Below, piece by piece: positions 21,259-30,800 of a stretch of 62,732 bases of DNA. This DNA is from Candidatus Moanibacter sp. (lineage in GTDB: Bacteria; Verrucomicrobiota; Verrucomicrobiia; Opitutales; UBA2987), in NCBI GenBank assembly GCA_965215885.1, contig CBDCEW010000002.1:1-62732 (forward strand), in the 5' to 3' direction. The notes beneath the pieces are model-generated. The model was not told the DNA's origin. It made no database searches and saw only the letters and a list, made by a program, of their open reading frames with translations. The position numbers were made by a program, and so were the translations under genes. The stretch's first letter is position 1; every line of letters starts with the position of its first letter.

Positions 21259-21402
21259 ATGATCAAATTCAATAACAATTCGGCGATAGGAAAACGAAGA
21301 CAAAAAATACTCATTCTCTACCTGGCGAACTCGTCGCTTGAGAGCGATGTTCGCGCATGGACCCGCTACGACGGGACGGGGAAGGAGCGGAGCGGGAACT
21401 AA
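21259..21402 (+). pseudogene. 47-codon truncated small conserved protein
   Basis: RQKILILYLANSSLESDVRAWTRYDGTG resembles the N-terminus of the 58649-58942 protein (KQRLLYLHARTPSVFSEIIG). Confidence 0.5.
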
Positions 21403-21459
21403 GGAGGAAGGCTCCAATTTCGACGTTCGATGTTCAGTGTTCGATGTTGGACGTTGATC

Positions 21460-22188
21460 TCACCCAGGCGGCCTCTCCAGAAAAATCGTCACGCCCATAT
21501 CCGCATACTTCTCCCGCGTCTTCGAAGTCCCGTTCCGGTGGCAAATCCGTACCCCGGTTCCTTCCAGCGATTCGCCCAAAAACCGGATGCAATCGTCGAC
21601 CGACTGGAGGGCGTGGTTGGGATGGGATTTTATATTGAACGCCATATCCACCGGACCAATGGACACGCAATCCACCCCCGGATGCCTCGCCCACAAGTGG
21701 GCCCGAGTTGTCGCTTCAATCGACTCGATCTGCAGCCAAAGCACCCCGTAGCTGTTCCACCACCGTCCGTATTCCTCGGCCGATTTTCCTTCCAGCCCTC
21801 TCCGGAACCTGCCGCCAAAGCTCCGTCCCCCTTCCGGCGGATAATAAAAATAATGAAGCGCCTCCTCCACCGTTGCATCCAGCTCCGACTGTGGCACTTC
21901 GATCCCGCAAGGCCCCAGGTCCAGAATGTTTCCGATCAAATAGGTCTGGTGCGTGTGCTTAATCCTGAACTGCATAAACACATCCAGTTCTTCCGCAGCG
22001 GCGCAGAACTCGGCCAACCGTTCTTCGTTTAATGGAGAATGCTGACTGTCTATGGAAACAAAATCGAAGGGCCCTTTATCCATAATCACCGCCAGTTGTT
22101 CCCTGGTCGACGTCACCGGCACCGACACTCCGATCACCCGTTCCCCGTCCCGGATCTTCTTTTTCAGTCCAATTGCCTCTTCTAACAT
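21460..22188 (-). CDS. HpcH/HpaI aldolase family protein
   Basis: DSQHSP, LDLGPCGIEVP, YYPPEGGRS, QIESIEA and IGPVD. Alternative TTG start at 22233. Confidence 0.88.
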   Translation of the reverse strand: MLEEAIGLKKKIRDGERVIGVSVPVTSTREQLAVIMDKGPFDFVSIDSQHSPLNEERLAEFCAAAEELDVFMQFRIKHTHQTYLIGNILDLGPCGIEVPQSELDATVEEALHYFYYPPEGGRSFGGRFRRGLEGKSAEEYGRWWNSYGVLWLQIESIEATTRAHLWARHPGVDCVSIGPVDMAFNIKSHPNHALQSVDDCIRFLGESLEGTGVRICHRNGTSKTREKYADMGVTIFLERPPG

Positions 22189-22359
22189 CGCTCTCTTACT
22201 GATAGGAATTCGCTTTTCAGGCGGTACGGGCAAGCACCGGTTTACGTGTTTAGCGTGATTGCCAATACCTCGTCACGGTTGAGATGATGCCCGACCAGGG
22301 GTGTAGGAACAAGGAGAAAGGTTCAATTCGCTGACCCAATGACGGAAGAGCGGTTTGGC

Positions 22360-22515
22360 AGTTGCTGAAAAGTTGGCTTATCGGAATCGGAATGAGGCCG
22401 ATCTTGGCGATATTCGAGTGCCCTTTATCGCGCTGGATGACCTGATTAAGAACAAGGAAGCATCCGGAAGAAGCAAAGATCTGATCGATTTGATCGAGCT
22501 TCGGATAATCAAAAA
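22360..22515 (+). pseudogene. C-terminal remnant of a nucleotidyltransferase-like protein
   Basis: VPFIALDDLIKNKEASGRSKDLIDL is a typical C-terminal motif. No N-terminus is present. Confidence 0.7.
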
Positions 22516-22525
22516 AGAGAGGACG

Positions 22526-22930
22526 ATCGGGATAGGGACGCCCCTCACGAGGCGCCCCTCCCACACCACCACTCGTACGGGTCCCGTCTTCGCCCTGAAG
22601 GGCTTCGCCGTGGCATGCCGTAAGTGGCGGTTCGGCTGATCGGGCAGGGTCAGGTCCAAGGGAAGGCAAGCCCGAATGATTGGAAGTAGACGTCGGGTAA
22701 GGCGATTTGAACCCATTTGACTTTGCTCATCCGCCAAGGGCCTTTACGGGCGCACCCAGCGGTGCGAGCGTAGTGGCGGGAGATACGCCGCTTCCTGAGT
22801 TCCTTCACGCGAGTGCGGCGGTTCTTCCACTGCTTCCAAACCAGCGCTCGCAAGCGTCGCCGGACCCAATGGGCCAGCGGGCACACACCCAGTCGTCCCA
22901 GGTAACGCGATAAATCGCGCACCTGGACTC
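22526..22930 (-). mobile_element. Truncated group II intron (class C-like): maturase domain X fragment plus RNA domains V-VI
   Basis: HWVRRRLRALVWKQWK..GPWRMS..ALP..YFQSFGL, followed by GAACCGCCACTTACGG..GACCCGTACGAGTGGTGGTGT (DV) and GGGAGGGGCG..CCCTATCCCGAT (DVI, 3' end). Confidence 0.9.
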
Positions 22931-22958
22931 TAGCGTTAGCCCAACGAGAAAGTAGAAC

Positions 22959-22993
22959 TTGACAGGTATTACCTGGAGTCATACTCTTGCAGT
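22959..22993 (+). promoter_or_regulatory. Sigma70-like promoter with overlapping operator palindrome for the mazEF-like operon
   Basis: TTGACA-17bp-TACTCT, with CAGGT-ATT-ACCTG overlapping the -35/spacer. ATG lies 7 nt after the -10 and there is no SD. Confidence 0.65.
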
Positions 22994-23236
22994 ATGGCAA
23001 CAAAAAAGGTCGCAATCACATTGGACGAAGATACGGTGCGGGAAGTTGATTCGCTAGTCGCGCGTCGGACTTTCCCGAGTCGCAGCCGGGTTATTCAAGA
23101 GGCAGTGGCTGAGAAGCTCGCAAGGATGAATCGCTCACGCCTGGCGGAGCAGTGTGAACTGTTGGATCGCAACGAGGAGCAAGCGATGGCTGAGGAGTTC
23201 TCACCGGGGGAGCCGGAGCAGTGGCTGGAGTGTTGA
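22994..23236 (+). CDS. RHH/CopG antitoxin
   Basis: KVAITLDE..FPSRSRVIQEAV, overlapping the toxin gene. Confidence 0.88.
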   Translation: MATKKVAITLDEDTVREVDSLVARRTFPSRSRVIQEAVAEKLARMNRSRLAEQCELLDRNEEQAMAEEFSPGEPEQWLEC

Positions 23237-23562
23237 GGCGTGGTGAGGTGGTGTGGGCTGACCTGAACCCGGTACGGGGTCGGAAACAAGCGGGCCGCAG
23301 ACCGGTGCTGATTATCAGCGAGGATGTCTTCAACCGGCGGTCGGGCACCGTGATCGCGATTGCACTTACAAGCCGTCCGCAGAAAGCCGGCTTTCCACTC
23401 ACATTGAGACTTTCTGGTAGAAGATTGCCAAAGGAGGCATGGCTGAAGATCAGCCAAGTTAGGACGCTTTCAACCGAAAGGCTTGGACGGCGTATCGGAA
23501 GAGTAGAAGACGGTGAGCTTGAACAGGCGGTAGACGGCCTCAATGAGATTATAGGAGGTTAA
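23230..23562 (+). CDS. mazF: PemK/MazF family toxin
   Basis: RGEVVWADLNP.RG.KQAGRRPVLIIS and SQVRTLSTERL. Confidence 0.93.
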   Translation: MLRRGEVVWADLNPVRGRKQAGRRPVLIISEDVFNRRSGTVIAIALTSRPQKAGFPLTLRLSGRRLPKEAWLKISQVRTLSTERLGRRIGRVEDGELEQAVDGLNEIIGG

Positions 23563-23614
23563 GCAAGTTAAGGATTTGATAGCCAAATACAGACTGGTTG
23601 AAGAAAATGAAGAG

Positions 23615-23785
23615 TAGATTGGCGAAGCGTGCGGAGACACCAATTTCGTCACCCAGCTTGTTCAGCCGCTCTTCGACAAGGTCACAAAGCCCAACCACCG
23701 CGGTTCTCGGATGGACATGGTAGGCCTCCGCTGTCGCCGTGCCGCGGCTCCGGCATCCAAGGATGGCAACGCGATAGGTTTTCAC
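23615..23785 (-). pseudogene. N-terminal remnant of a Gfo/Idh/MocA oxidoreductase
   Basis: KTYRVAILGCRSRG..VVGLCDL breaks off after about 57 codons. Confidence 0.8.
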
Positions 23786-24231
23786 TGGTTTTCCCCCTTG
23801 CGGAAGCCTCAATTAATGCGAAGCATGGAACGATTCGGATCAGGTTCGCGGCAACCTATTGCTCGACTTCCTGAGGCCAGGCGAAACTAGCTTTGAGGTG
23901 GATATCCTTCCAAAAGAGGTTTGCCGATACGCCGAAAGTCTATCGCGGCAATCACGCTCAATACCAACCAGTGGCACGACAAACGGATGCACACCAACCT
24001 CTGACTCGCGCCGCGAGCTTGATGCGAGTTCGAAATTCGAACATCAAAGGAGTTTTTCGAGATCGCCCTCAGTCAGAGGTGGGTGATCGATGGCGTTATG
24101 CAACAAGAGGAACACGCATGAGTCAAATTATAGCGAAAAGGGAAAGACAAATTCGAAAAATCATCGGAAACGAGCCAAGCTCACAGGGCTCTGTTCCTTT
24201 AATTCTTAATGAAGCGTTAAATTTTGAACAG

Positions 24232-26153
24232 CAGTGTATTTTTATTGCTGTGCCTAAGGCAGGGTAAAAGGATTCCAGGAAGCAACTAGCTGATAAGCAA
24301 GAAGATAAAAAAAGAGCTAAACAAACCCGAGGGAATCAGTCATGTTAAGATGGGATGAAAGACAAAAAATCTTACCAACTGAATCCTTCGATAGATCGTT
24401 TAACTCTGCGTCTGGTCCTGCCCGAAGAGCAGGAGCGATTCAATGATCTATTGAAACAACATCATTATTTACACAGTGCGGGCAGCGCAGGAGAGACCCT
24501 GCGCTATGTGGCGCAGATCGACGGGCAATGGATGGGCCTGCTCTTGTGGGGGGCCGCATCCTACCGGCTGAAGGATCGAGACGAATGGATCGGGAGGGAC
24601 GGGGCGCAACGGCATGCACGATTGAAACTGGTAGTACAGAACCGGCGTTTTCTGATTTTGCCCGGGGTGGATCTTGCAAATTTGGCCTCCAAGACGTTGG
24701 GTATGTGCCTGAGAGTCTTAGCCGATCACTGGCAGGAGGCTTTTGGCTATCGTCCCTTAGTAGCGGAAACGTTCGTGGACCCACAGATTCACCGGGGCAC
24801 TTGCTACGAAGCGAGCGGGTGGACGCCCTTGGGCTTGAGCGCGGGATATGGCCGCCAACGCGAAGATTTCTATCAACGCCATGAGCGTCCCAAGCAGATC
24901 TGGGTCAAACCCCTCAAGGCTAATGCCCTTGAGCTTTTGCGCGCTTCAGGGCCATTGCCCGCGGCACAGAGCCAGGCGCTCAATGAAACCGATAACTCCC
25001 ATGCGGTCTGCCTCAAAGTGGAACAGATGAGCAGCCTGTGGGAACGCTTCAATCAGATAGAAGACTTCCGTCGTAAAGCGGGCCTTAGATATCGGCTCGC
25101 CACGGTCCTGAGCATGATTGTGCTCGGCACGATGTGCGGCAAACAGACCCTCAAGGGCATCGTGCGCCTGGCCCATCATCTCAATCAAGCCCAATTGCGC
25201 GCCTTACGCTCCTGGAAAAACCCCAAAACAGGCCGCTATAAGGCCCCTTGCTATGATGTCTTCTATCGGGTCTTGCAAAACGTAAAGGCCGAGCTCTTCG
25301 ATAAAACCCTCACCGAATTCATCTGCTTACAAGACGGCTGTTTGCCCCGCGATATTGCCGTCGACGGCAAGACCCTCAAAGGCACAAACACCGAAGAATC
25401 AAAGGCTCTGCACCTGGTGGCCGCAGTCGATCACCAAAGCGCTCAAACCTTAGCCCAAGTCGCTACCGCCGATAAATCCAACGCGATCACCGCCGCCCAG
25501 ACTCTCTTGCGAAAGATGCCCATTTTGGACGGCTCCACCTTCACCTTCGACGCCATGCATAATCAAAAAGAAACTGCCCACATCGTCGTCGAAGAACTCA
25601 GTGCTGACTATGTTATTCAAATTAAAGACAATCAGCCCAACATGCATCAATACGCTCAGAATCTCTTCAGCTCCACCCCCTTTTTCTCCACCAAACCGTG
25701 GACAATGACCATGGGCGACTCGAAATACGTCAAATAGCAACCCATTCTCTAAGCGCTCCCTCTGCCGGCCTGCCCCATGCCCGCCAGTTCGCCTGTGTGC
25801 AACGCACCTTCCATTATCCAAACAAAGCTGAACCTTCCTCTGAACGCTCTTACTACGTAAGCAGTCTCGATCCCGCCGATTTGAGCCCTCAACAGTTCCT
25901 CTCGAAAATTCGCAACCATTGGTCGATCGAAAATAAAAATCATTACCCCAGGGATCGCTTCTTCGATGAAGATCGATGTATGATCCGTAATCATAACGCA
26001 GCCAGAATTCTTGCTGCATGCAGGCAACTGGTTCTCAGCCTCAAGTCTTCCATGGGCGCTGAATCCACTCCCGCACTCTGTGATGATTTCGTCTTTAACT
26101 TACATAAGGCCATCAATATCATCACCTAATGCTCCGAGAATCAAAATACCGTG
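24232..26153 (+). mobile_element. ISAs1-family element with DUF4338-like N-terminal extension
   Basis: Imperfect IRs CAGTGTATTTTTATT (24232) and the reverse complement CACGGTATTTTGATT (ending 26153) enclose the transposase. Confidence 0.75.
24355..26129 (+). CDS. ISAs1-family DDE transposase in two frames (24355-25737 and -1 frame to 26129)
   Basis: HHYL..NRRFLIL..ETFVDP..GTCY N-domain, IAVDGKTL, TFDAMH and QIKDNQP. HGRLEIR, HWSIEN and RDRFFDED lie in the -1 frame after CCCCCTTTTTC. Confidence 0.88.
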
Positions 26154-26320
26154 ATCGAAACCCTCCTCCTGCTCAGCGGGACTACCACCAGAGGGAACAG
26201 AACCCCTCGTAGAGGAATGCGGAAGCAATTCTCCGCTTGCACCTCATGACGATTCTCGTATCAGTAGGTTATAGATCTTCCAGAAATCTTCCCAATAATC
26301 GTCTCGTCTAGGATCGAGAT

Positions 26321-26357
26321 CCATCCTGATCACGACACCATTGCGTCTTTTCGTCGC
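26321..26357 (+). pseudogene. Tiny IS1182-like transposase remnant
   Basis: Encodes HPDHDTIASFRR, the DUF772-type motif. Confidence 0.55.
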
Positions 26358-26381
26358 GGCAAAGCGTAGGCCCACAGAATC

Positions 26382-27134
26382 CTAAAGACGCTTCAACCTG
26401 TCGACGAGTTCTTTGATCGGAGGGGTGGGCAAGTCTCGTAGGTAACTTTTTAAGTTCCGAATAAGAAGCTGCTGGAACTCGATTATCTGCCCATAGATCT
26501 CTCTTTCGCCAATTCCCGGATCGAGTGAAAAATCGCAGGCCTCCTCGCTCAAGGGAGCGCTGGCAATGCTGAAAAGCAAGGCTTCCGCATCCATTCCAGC
26601 ATCGATCTCCGCGCCCATGGAAATGAGGTCGCTCAATTCCACTTCCTCAAATTGTCCGAACAGCCAAATCAAGTCGTATAGATCCTTTTCTCCGCACCTC
26701 GAGAGAAGAGTAGCTGCCTTCATCTTAAAAAGAGTCGGCAGATCGGCGACCACGATTCTTTCGCCGGCGGTGTGATAGTTGCCAATTCGAAATAGATTTT
26801 CGTCAACTACGACATCGAGCGTAAAAGAGTGGTCCTCCAGTCCACACAGTACATGATAGTAATCTGAGGTCCGTTGAGCTTCCGTAAGTTCGGCGCCGAT
26901 TTCGGGCAGCCGAATGGAAGCGCGCAGGGCCCTCTGAAAAGAAAGATCGTCTCTGACGAAGAGATCGATGTCATCCGAGCGCCGATGCCGCGCGTAAAAC
27001 CCGCTGAGGGCAGTCCCACCTACCAGCATGCACCCCTTTATCTCTCTCGAGAAAATCCAATCGAGCGCTTTGAACAGGCCAAATGGAAGCACTCGACGGG
27101 CACCCGCTAAGTCCGGTTTTCGTGCAGCGCCCAT
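26382..27134 (-). CDS. AbiEii/AbiGii-like nucleotidyltransferase toxin
   Basis: LVGGTAL..HRRSDDIDLF and K..R..KDLYDL. Confidence 0.9.
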   Translation of the reverse strand: MGAARKPDLAGARRVLPFGLFKALDWIFSREIKGCMLVGGTALSGFYARHRRSDDIDLFVRDDLSFQRALRASIRLPEIGAELTEAQRTSDYYHVLCGLEDHSFTLDVVVDENLFRIGNYHTAGERIVVADLPTLFKMKAATLLSRCGEKDLYDLIWLFGQFEEVELSDLISMGAEIDAGMDAEALLFSIASAPLSEEACDFSLDPGIGEREIYGQIIEFQQLLIRNLKSYLRDLPTPPIKELVDRLKRL

Positions 27135-27571
27135 ATACACTCGCACTTTCTGCGTTGAGGCGGCGTGATGTACTTCGCGTACTTTTCGAACTCACGCCAC
27201 ACCACCTTGCCCAGGACTTTGGCGGAACGGTAGAGCCCCCATACCTGAACGAGGCGCCCAATGGCGCGCAGGTCGCCCTTTGAAAGGGCCAGAGCAAAGG
27301 ATTCCGAATCCGGATAGAGCCGGTCCCACAAAAATTGTGCCCGCCAAGCCCCAACAGGCTCCAATACCGGCATTTCCTTCAACAAATCATTCGGTGAGAT
27401 TCTCAGTTCCCGGCACAATCGGTCGAGGTTTCTCGATCTGACATCTATAAAATCCTCCTTCTTCTTAAACCACAGCGATACCGCCTGACGGGAAACTCCC
27501 GCCAACCGAGAAAGATCCGACTGGTTCAGCCCCCTCTTTCTGCAGAGCAGTTCGAGATTCTTGCGCAGCAT
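27107..27571 (-). CDS. XRE-HTH protein, putative cognate antitoxin
   Basis: GLNQSDLSRLAGVSRQAVSLW HTH, C-terminal FLWD domain, overlapping the toxin start. Confidence 0.8.
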   Translation of the reverse strand: MLRKNLELLCRKRGLNQSDLSRLAGVSRQAVSLWFKKKEDFIDVRSRNLDRLCRELRISPNDLLKEMPVLEPVGAWRAQFLWDRLYPDSESFALALSKGDLRAIGRLVQVWGLYRSAKVLGKVVWREFEKYAKYITPPQRRKCECIWALHENRT

Positions 27572-27599
27572 TATAAAAATGCTTGCAGAAGGAACCCGC

Positions 27600-27621
27600 T
27601 ATGTCAAGCAAACTTGACATA
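27600..27621 (-). promoter_or_regulatory. Operator palindrome containing TTGACA upstream of the HTH-AbiEii operon
   Basis: TATGTCAAG-CAAA-CTTGACATA. Confidence 0.7.
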
Positions 27622-27772
27622 GCGGTACTGATTGAAACAAACTGGCGGCTCTACTCCTCGATACTCACCGCCTCCAGTTTTCGAGCCGGTCAGGAACTCA
27701 TATTCATCTACAGTTTACAGGTATGGGGAGGCTTTTCGAATCTGATGCTTGGCTGTAGCACGGAAACCTAAC

Positions 27773-27798
27773 AATCCCCGGCACGAGGCCGGGGGATT
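27773..27798. terminator. GC-rich hairpin downstream of the ABC fusion gene
   Basis: AATCCCCGGC-ACGAG-GCCGGGGGATT. Confidence 0.5.
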
Positions 27799-27868
27799 CG
27801 TTGATGTTAACGCCTAGCCCGAAGATAGGGAGATGTCTCCCACTGAGCAGGATAGGGAAGTCTTCGGG

Positions 27869-30800
27869 CTACCTCGAACCTGCCTCGAAGCGAATTCGAG
27901 GATCGAGCCAGAGCAGGAGGAGGTCACTCACCAGGGTGCCCATGACCCCGAGAAGGCTCAGGACCATAAGCATGGAACCGGCCAGGTACATATCCTCGCT
28001 CATGAGGGCGCTGAGCATGAGAGGTCCGACAGTGGGCAGGCTGAGGACCATTGCGACGATGGCGCCTCCAGACACGAGTTGAGGAAAGAGAGAGCCGATT
28101 CCGGAAATAAACGGATTCAGGGCAAGCCGGACGGGAAATTTGAGGAGCAATTTGAAAGGACGGACGCCTTTGGCCATGGCAGTGAGGACGTATGGTTTCT
28201 TGAGTTCATCGAGGAGGTTTCCCCGCATCACCCGAATCATTCCTGCGGTACCGCCTGTGCCGAGAACCACGACAGGCAGCCAGATGTGTTTAAGGAGGTC
28301 GACGACTTTACCCCAGGTCCATTCCGGCTGAGCGGCATAATCGGGCGAGAACAAGCCCGTCATATCCATCCCGAAATAACGCCCGCTCCAGTAGATGAGA
28401 AGAAGGGCGAGAAGGAAATTTGGAACGCACATTCCGATAAAACCAATGAGCGTGAAAATATAGTCGCCGACCGTGTACTGTCGGACGGCAGAGTAGATGC
28501 CGATGGGCAGGGCCGGCGCCCAGGTGAATAGAATAGTACCAAGTGAAATCAGGAAGGTCAGAAGAATGCGATCGCCCACGACATCATTGACCGGCCTCTG
28601 GTTTTCCATGGAAAAACCCATATGTCCGTGAATCAGGCCTCTGTCCCTTTCATCGAAGCCGGCAAACCAGTAAAGACCCAACCACCGCAGGTAGCGCAGG
28701 AAGGGTGGATCATCGAGGTGAAAGATTTCTCGCACCTGCTCCAGTTCTTCCACGGCGCGATCGTTCCCTTCCATCTCGAGAATCTTTATGCGGGTTTCGA
28801 TAAAATTCCCCGGCGGCAGCTGGATGATTGTAAACGCCACCGCAGAGATAATCACCAGGGTGGGAATCATGATGACGAGTCGCCTTCCAACGTAGGGATG
28901 CTTGAGCCCGACCAGGACGATGAGGCAAGATCCGATTGCGAGGACAGTCCATTGAATCAGTCGGTCGAGTCCCCTACCCCGACTCGGCCGGAGCGTGGTT
29001 GCATCGATAGCATCAGGAGCCGGTGTAATCTCCACCATTTCTTTTTTGATCTTCTCCACCGCCCCCGTAGAATCTCCGGATCGCTCAAAGAAAAAAGTTT
29101 CCGAAGCAGCATTACCAGGCGTACGGTAGCGGCCACCGTAAATCATCGAGCGAGGAACGTTTCTGAACCCTTTCTTGACCACGGCCAATTGCGGAGGCGG
29201 TGTCGCGATACTGATCGTCCAGAGATTCTGTGCTGCAATATCGAGGGCGCGCGCAAACAGCTCGCGTTGTTTTTCCAAGGTCGGCGCTCGAATTGCCGCC
29301 TCAAAGGACTCCCGGCTTCCGTAGAGCGGGTGCCCGGCAGGCGGCTCGATGCCCCCGGCTCGCTCGACGTCCGGGCTCCCCCAGAGGCCGCCATTGGCGA
29401 ACCAGCGTCCATACCCATAGGCGAAATGAAGGAGAGCGTTGAACCCTGGGGCAAAGTTGCGCGGTTCGACCAAGGGATGGTATTCACCCTGGCCTAGATA
29501 GACGCTGAAATCCTGAGTTAGGGCCGATTTTTCCGCAATCCAAAGGGTACGCGAACGCTCGCGGAGAACCGCGCGAACCCCTACTTCGGCCCAGTCGTCG
29601 ATGATGAACTGGTCAGGCCCACGGCCATTAAAATCCGTCAAATCGATGTACCACACCATGCGTGAGCCGTCCGGAAAGTTTCGGAATCCCTCACCATCAC
29701 GCCGCGTGAGTCCAATCTCGTCGAGTATCCCACTCGCCGCGACCGGATCATATTCAATTGCGGACGTATGCAGCCCCTCATGATGAAAGTATGATTCCCG
29801 GCCCGGCGACATCTGGGCGGGCTCGCCGGCGCCGTTAAAGACGGCGTCAATAATCTGCTGTCGATTGATAGCGAGGGAGAGTGCTCGCCTGAATCGCTGA
29901 TCATTGAGCAGTTCCCATTTGTACCCGCTGGCCGGGTCTTCCGGCTCCACCCGCCGATTGAGATTGGGAAACAGAACCCAAACCGAACGCACGGCGGAGA
30001 ACCAGTGGTAGACCTCATAGTCGTAGGTCTCCCTTTGAGACATGAGCAGAGTATAATCTTCGTAGCGGATATGCCGGGTCTGCATGGAGATCGATCCGTT
30101 GGCTGCCGCTATCCCAATCAATTCCAGCTTTTTGATGTCGTAGAAGACCCGATCGATGTAGGGGAGTTGATTGCCCGCGCTGTCGACGGCGAAGTAGTAG
30201 GGATTGCGCACGAAGGCGAAGGGAGGATTCGGCGTGTAGGTTCGGTAAATCCATGGCCACAGGCGCGGGTGCTCTGGATTGCTCCAGGCTTTCAGGAGCG
30301 AGTAAAGTGCGCGCCGGGTGGCCACACGACGCGAGCGAATGGTCGCTTCGATCAACGCCTCATTGCCGAATTCCGGATGATACTGTTCAAGGTAGTGTTT
30401 TGGAGCGTAGTATTCCCCTTGCATACCCATGTGTTCGAGGAATAGCCCATGAGGCACAGGAAATTCATAACGTACAGTGAAATCATCCACTTTCTCGACC
30501 TCAACGGGTTCCCGGGCGATGTTTATCCAAAGAGGTCGGCCTAGCTCCAGCGCCTTCACTTCCATTTCCCACCAGTAGATGATGTCGTCCGCCGTGAAGG
30601 GATGGCCGTCGGACCAACGGATTCCCCTACGCAAATGAAAGATCCAAGTGCGACGATCCTCGGAGACTTCCCATCTCTTAATGATATGGGGCACCTGCGG
30701 ATAGCCCTGCGGCGACCACCGCACTAAATGGCCATTGAAGACCCTGCGGTTGCTCGGCTCGATGTCGCTCGCCGCCGTCGCCGCCCGGAACCATGTGCCG

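Noticed and set aside
22650..22930. Retron, DGR or active reverse transcriptase
   Set aside because: Only the maturase X-domain fragment remains; there is no RT core or YADD motif.
23860..24060. Possible IS3 integrase C-terminal remnant (NQWHDKRMHTNL)
   Set aside because: Too short and degenerate to support without a database search.
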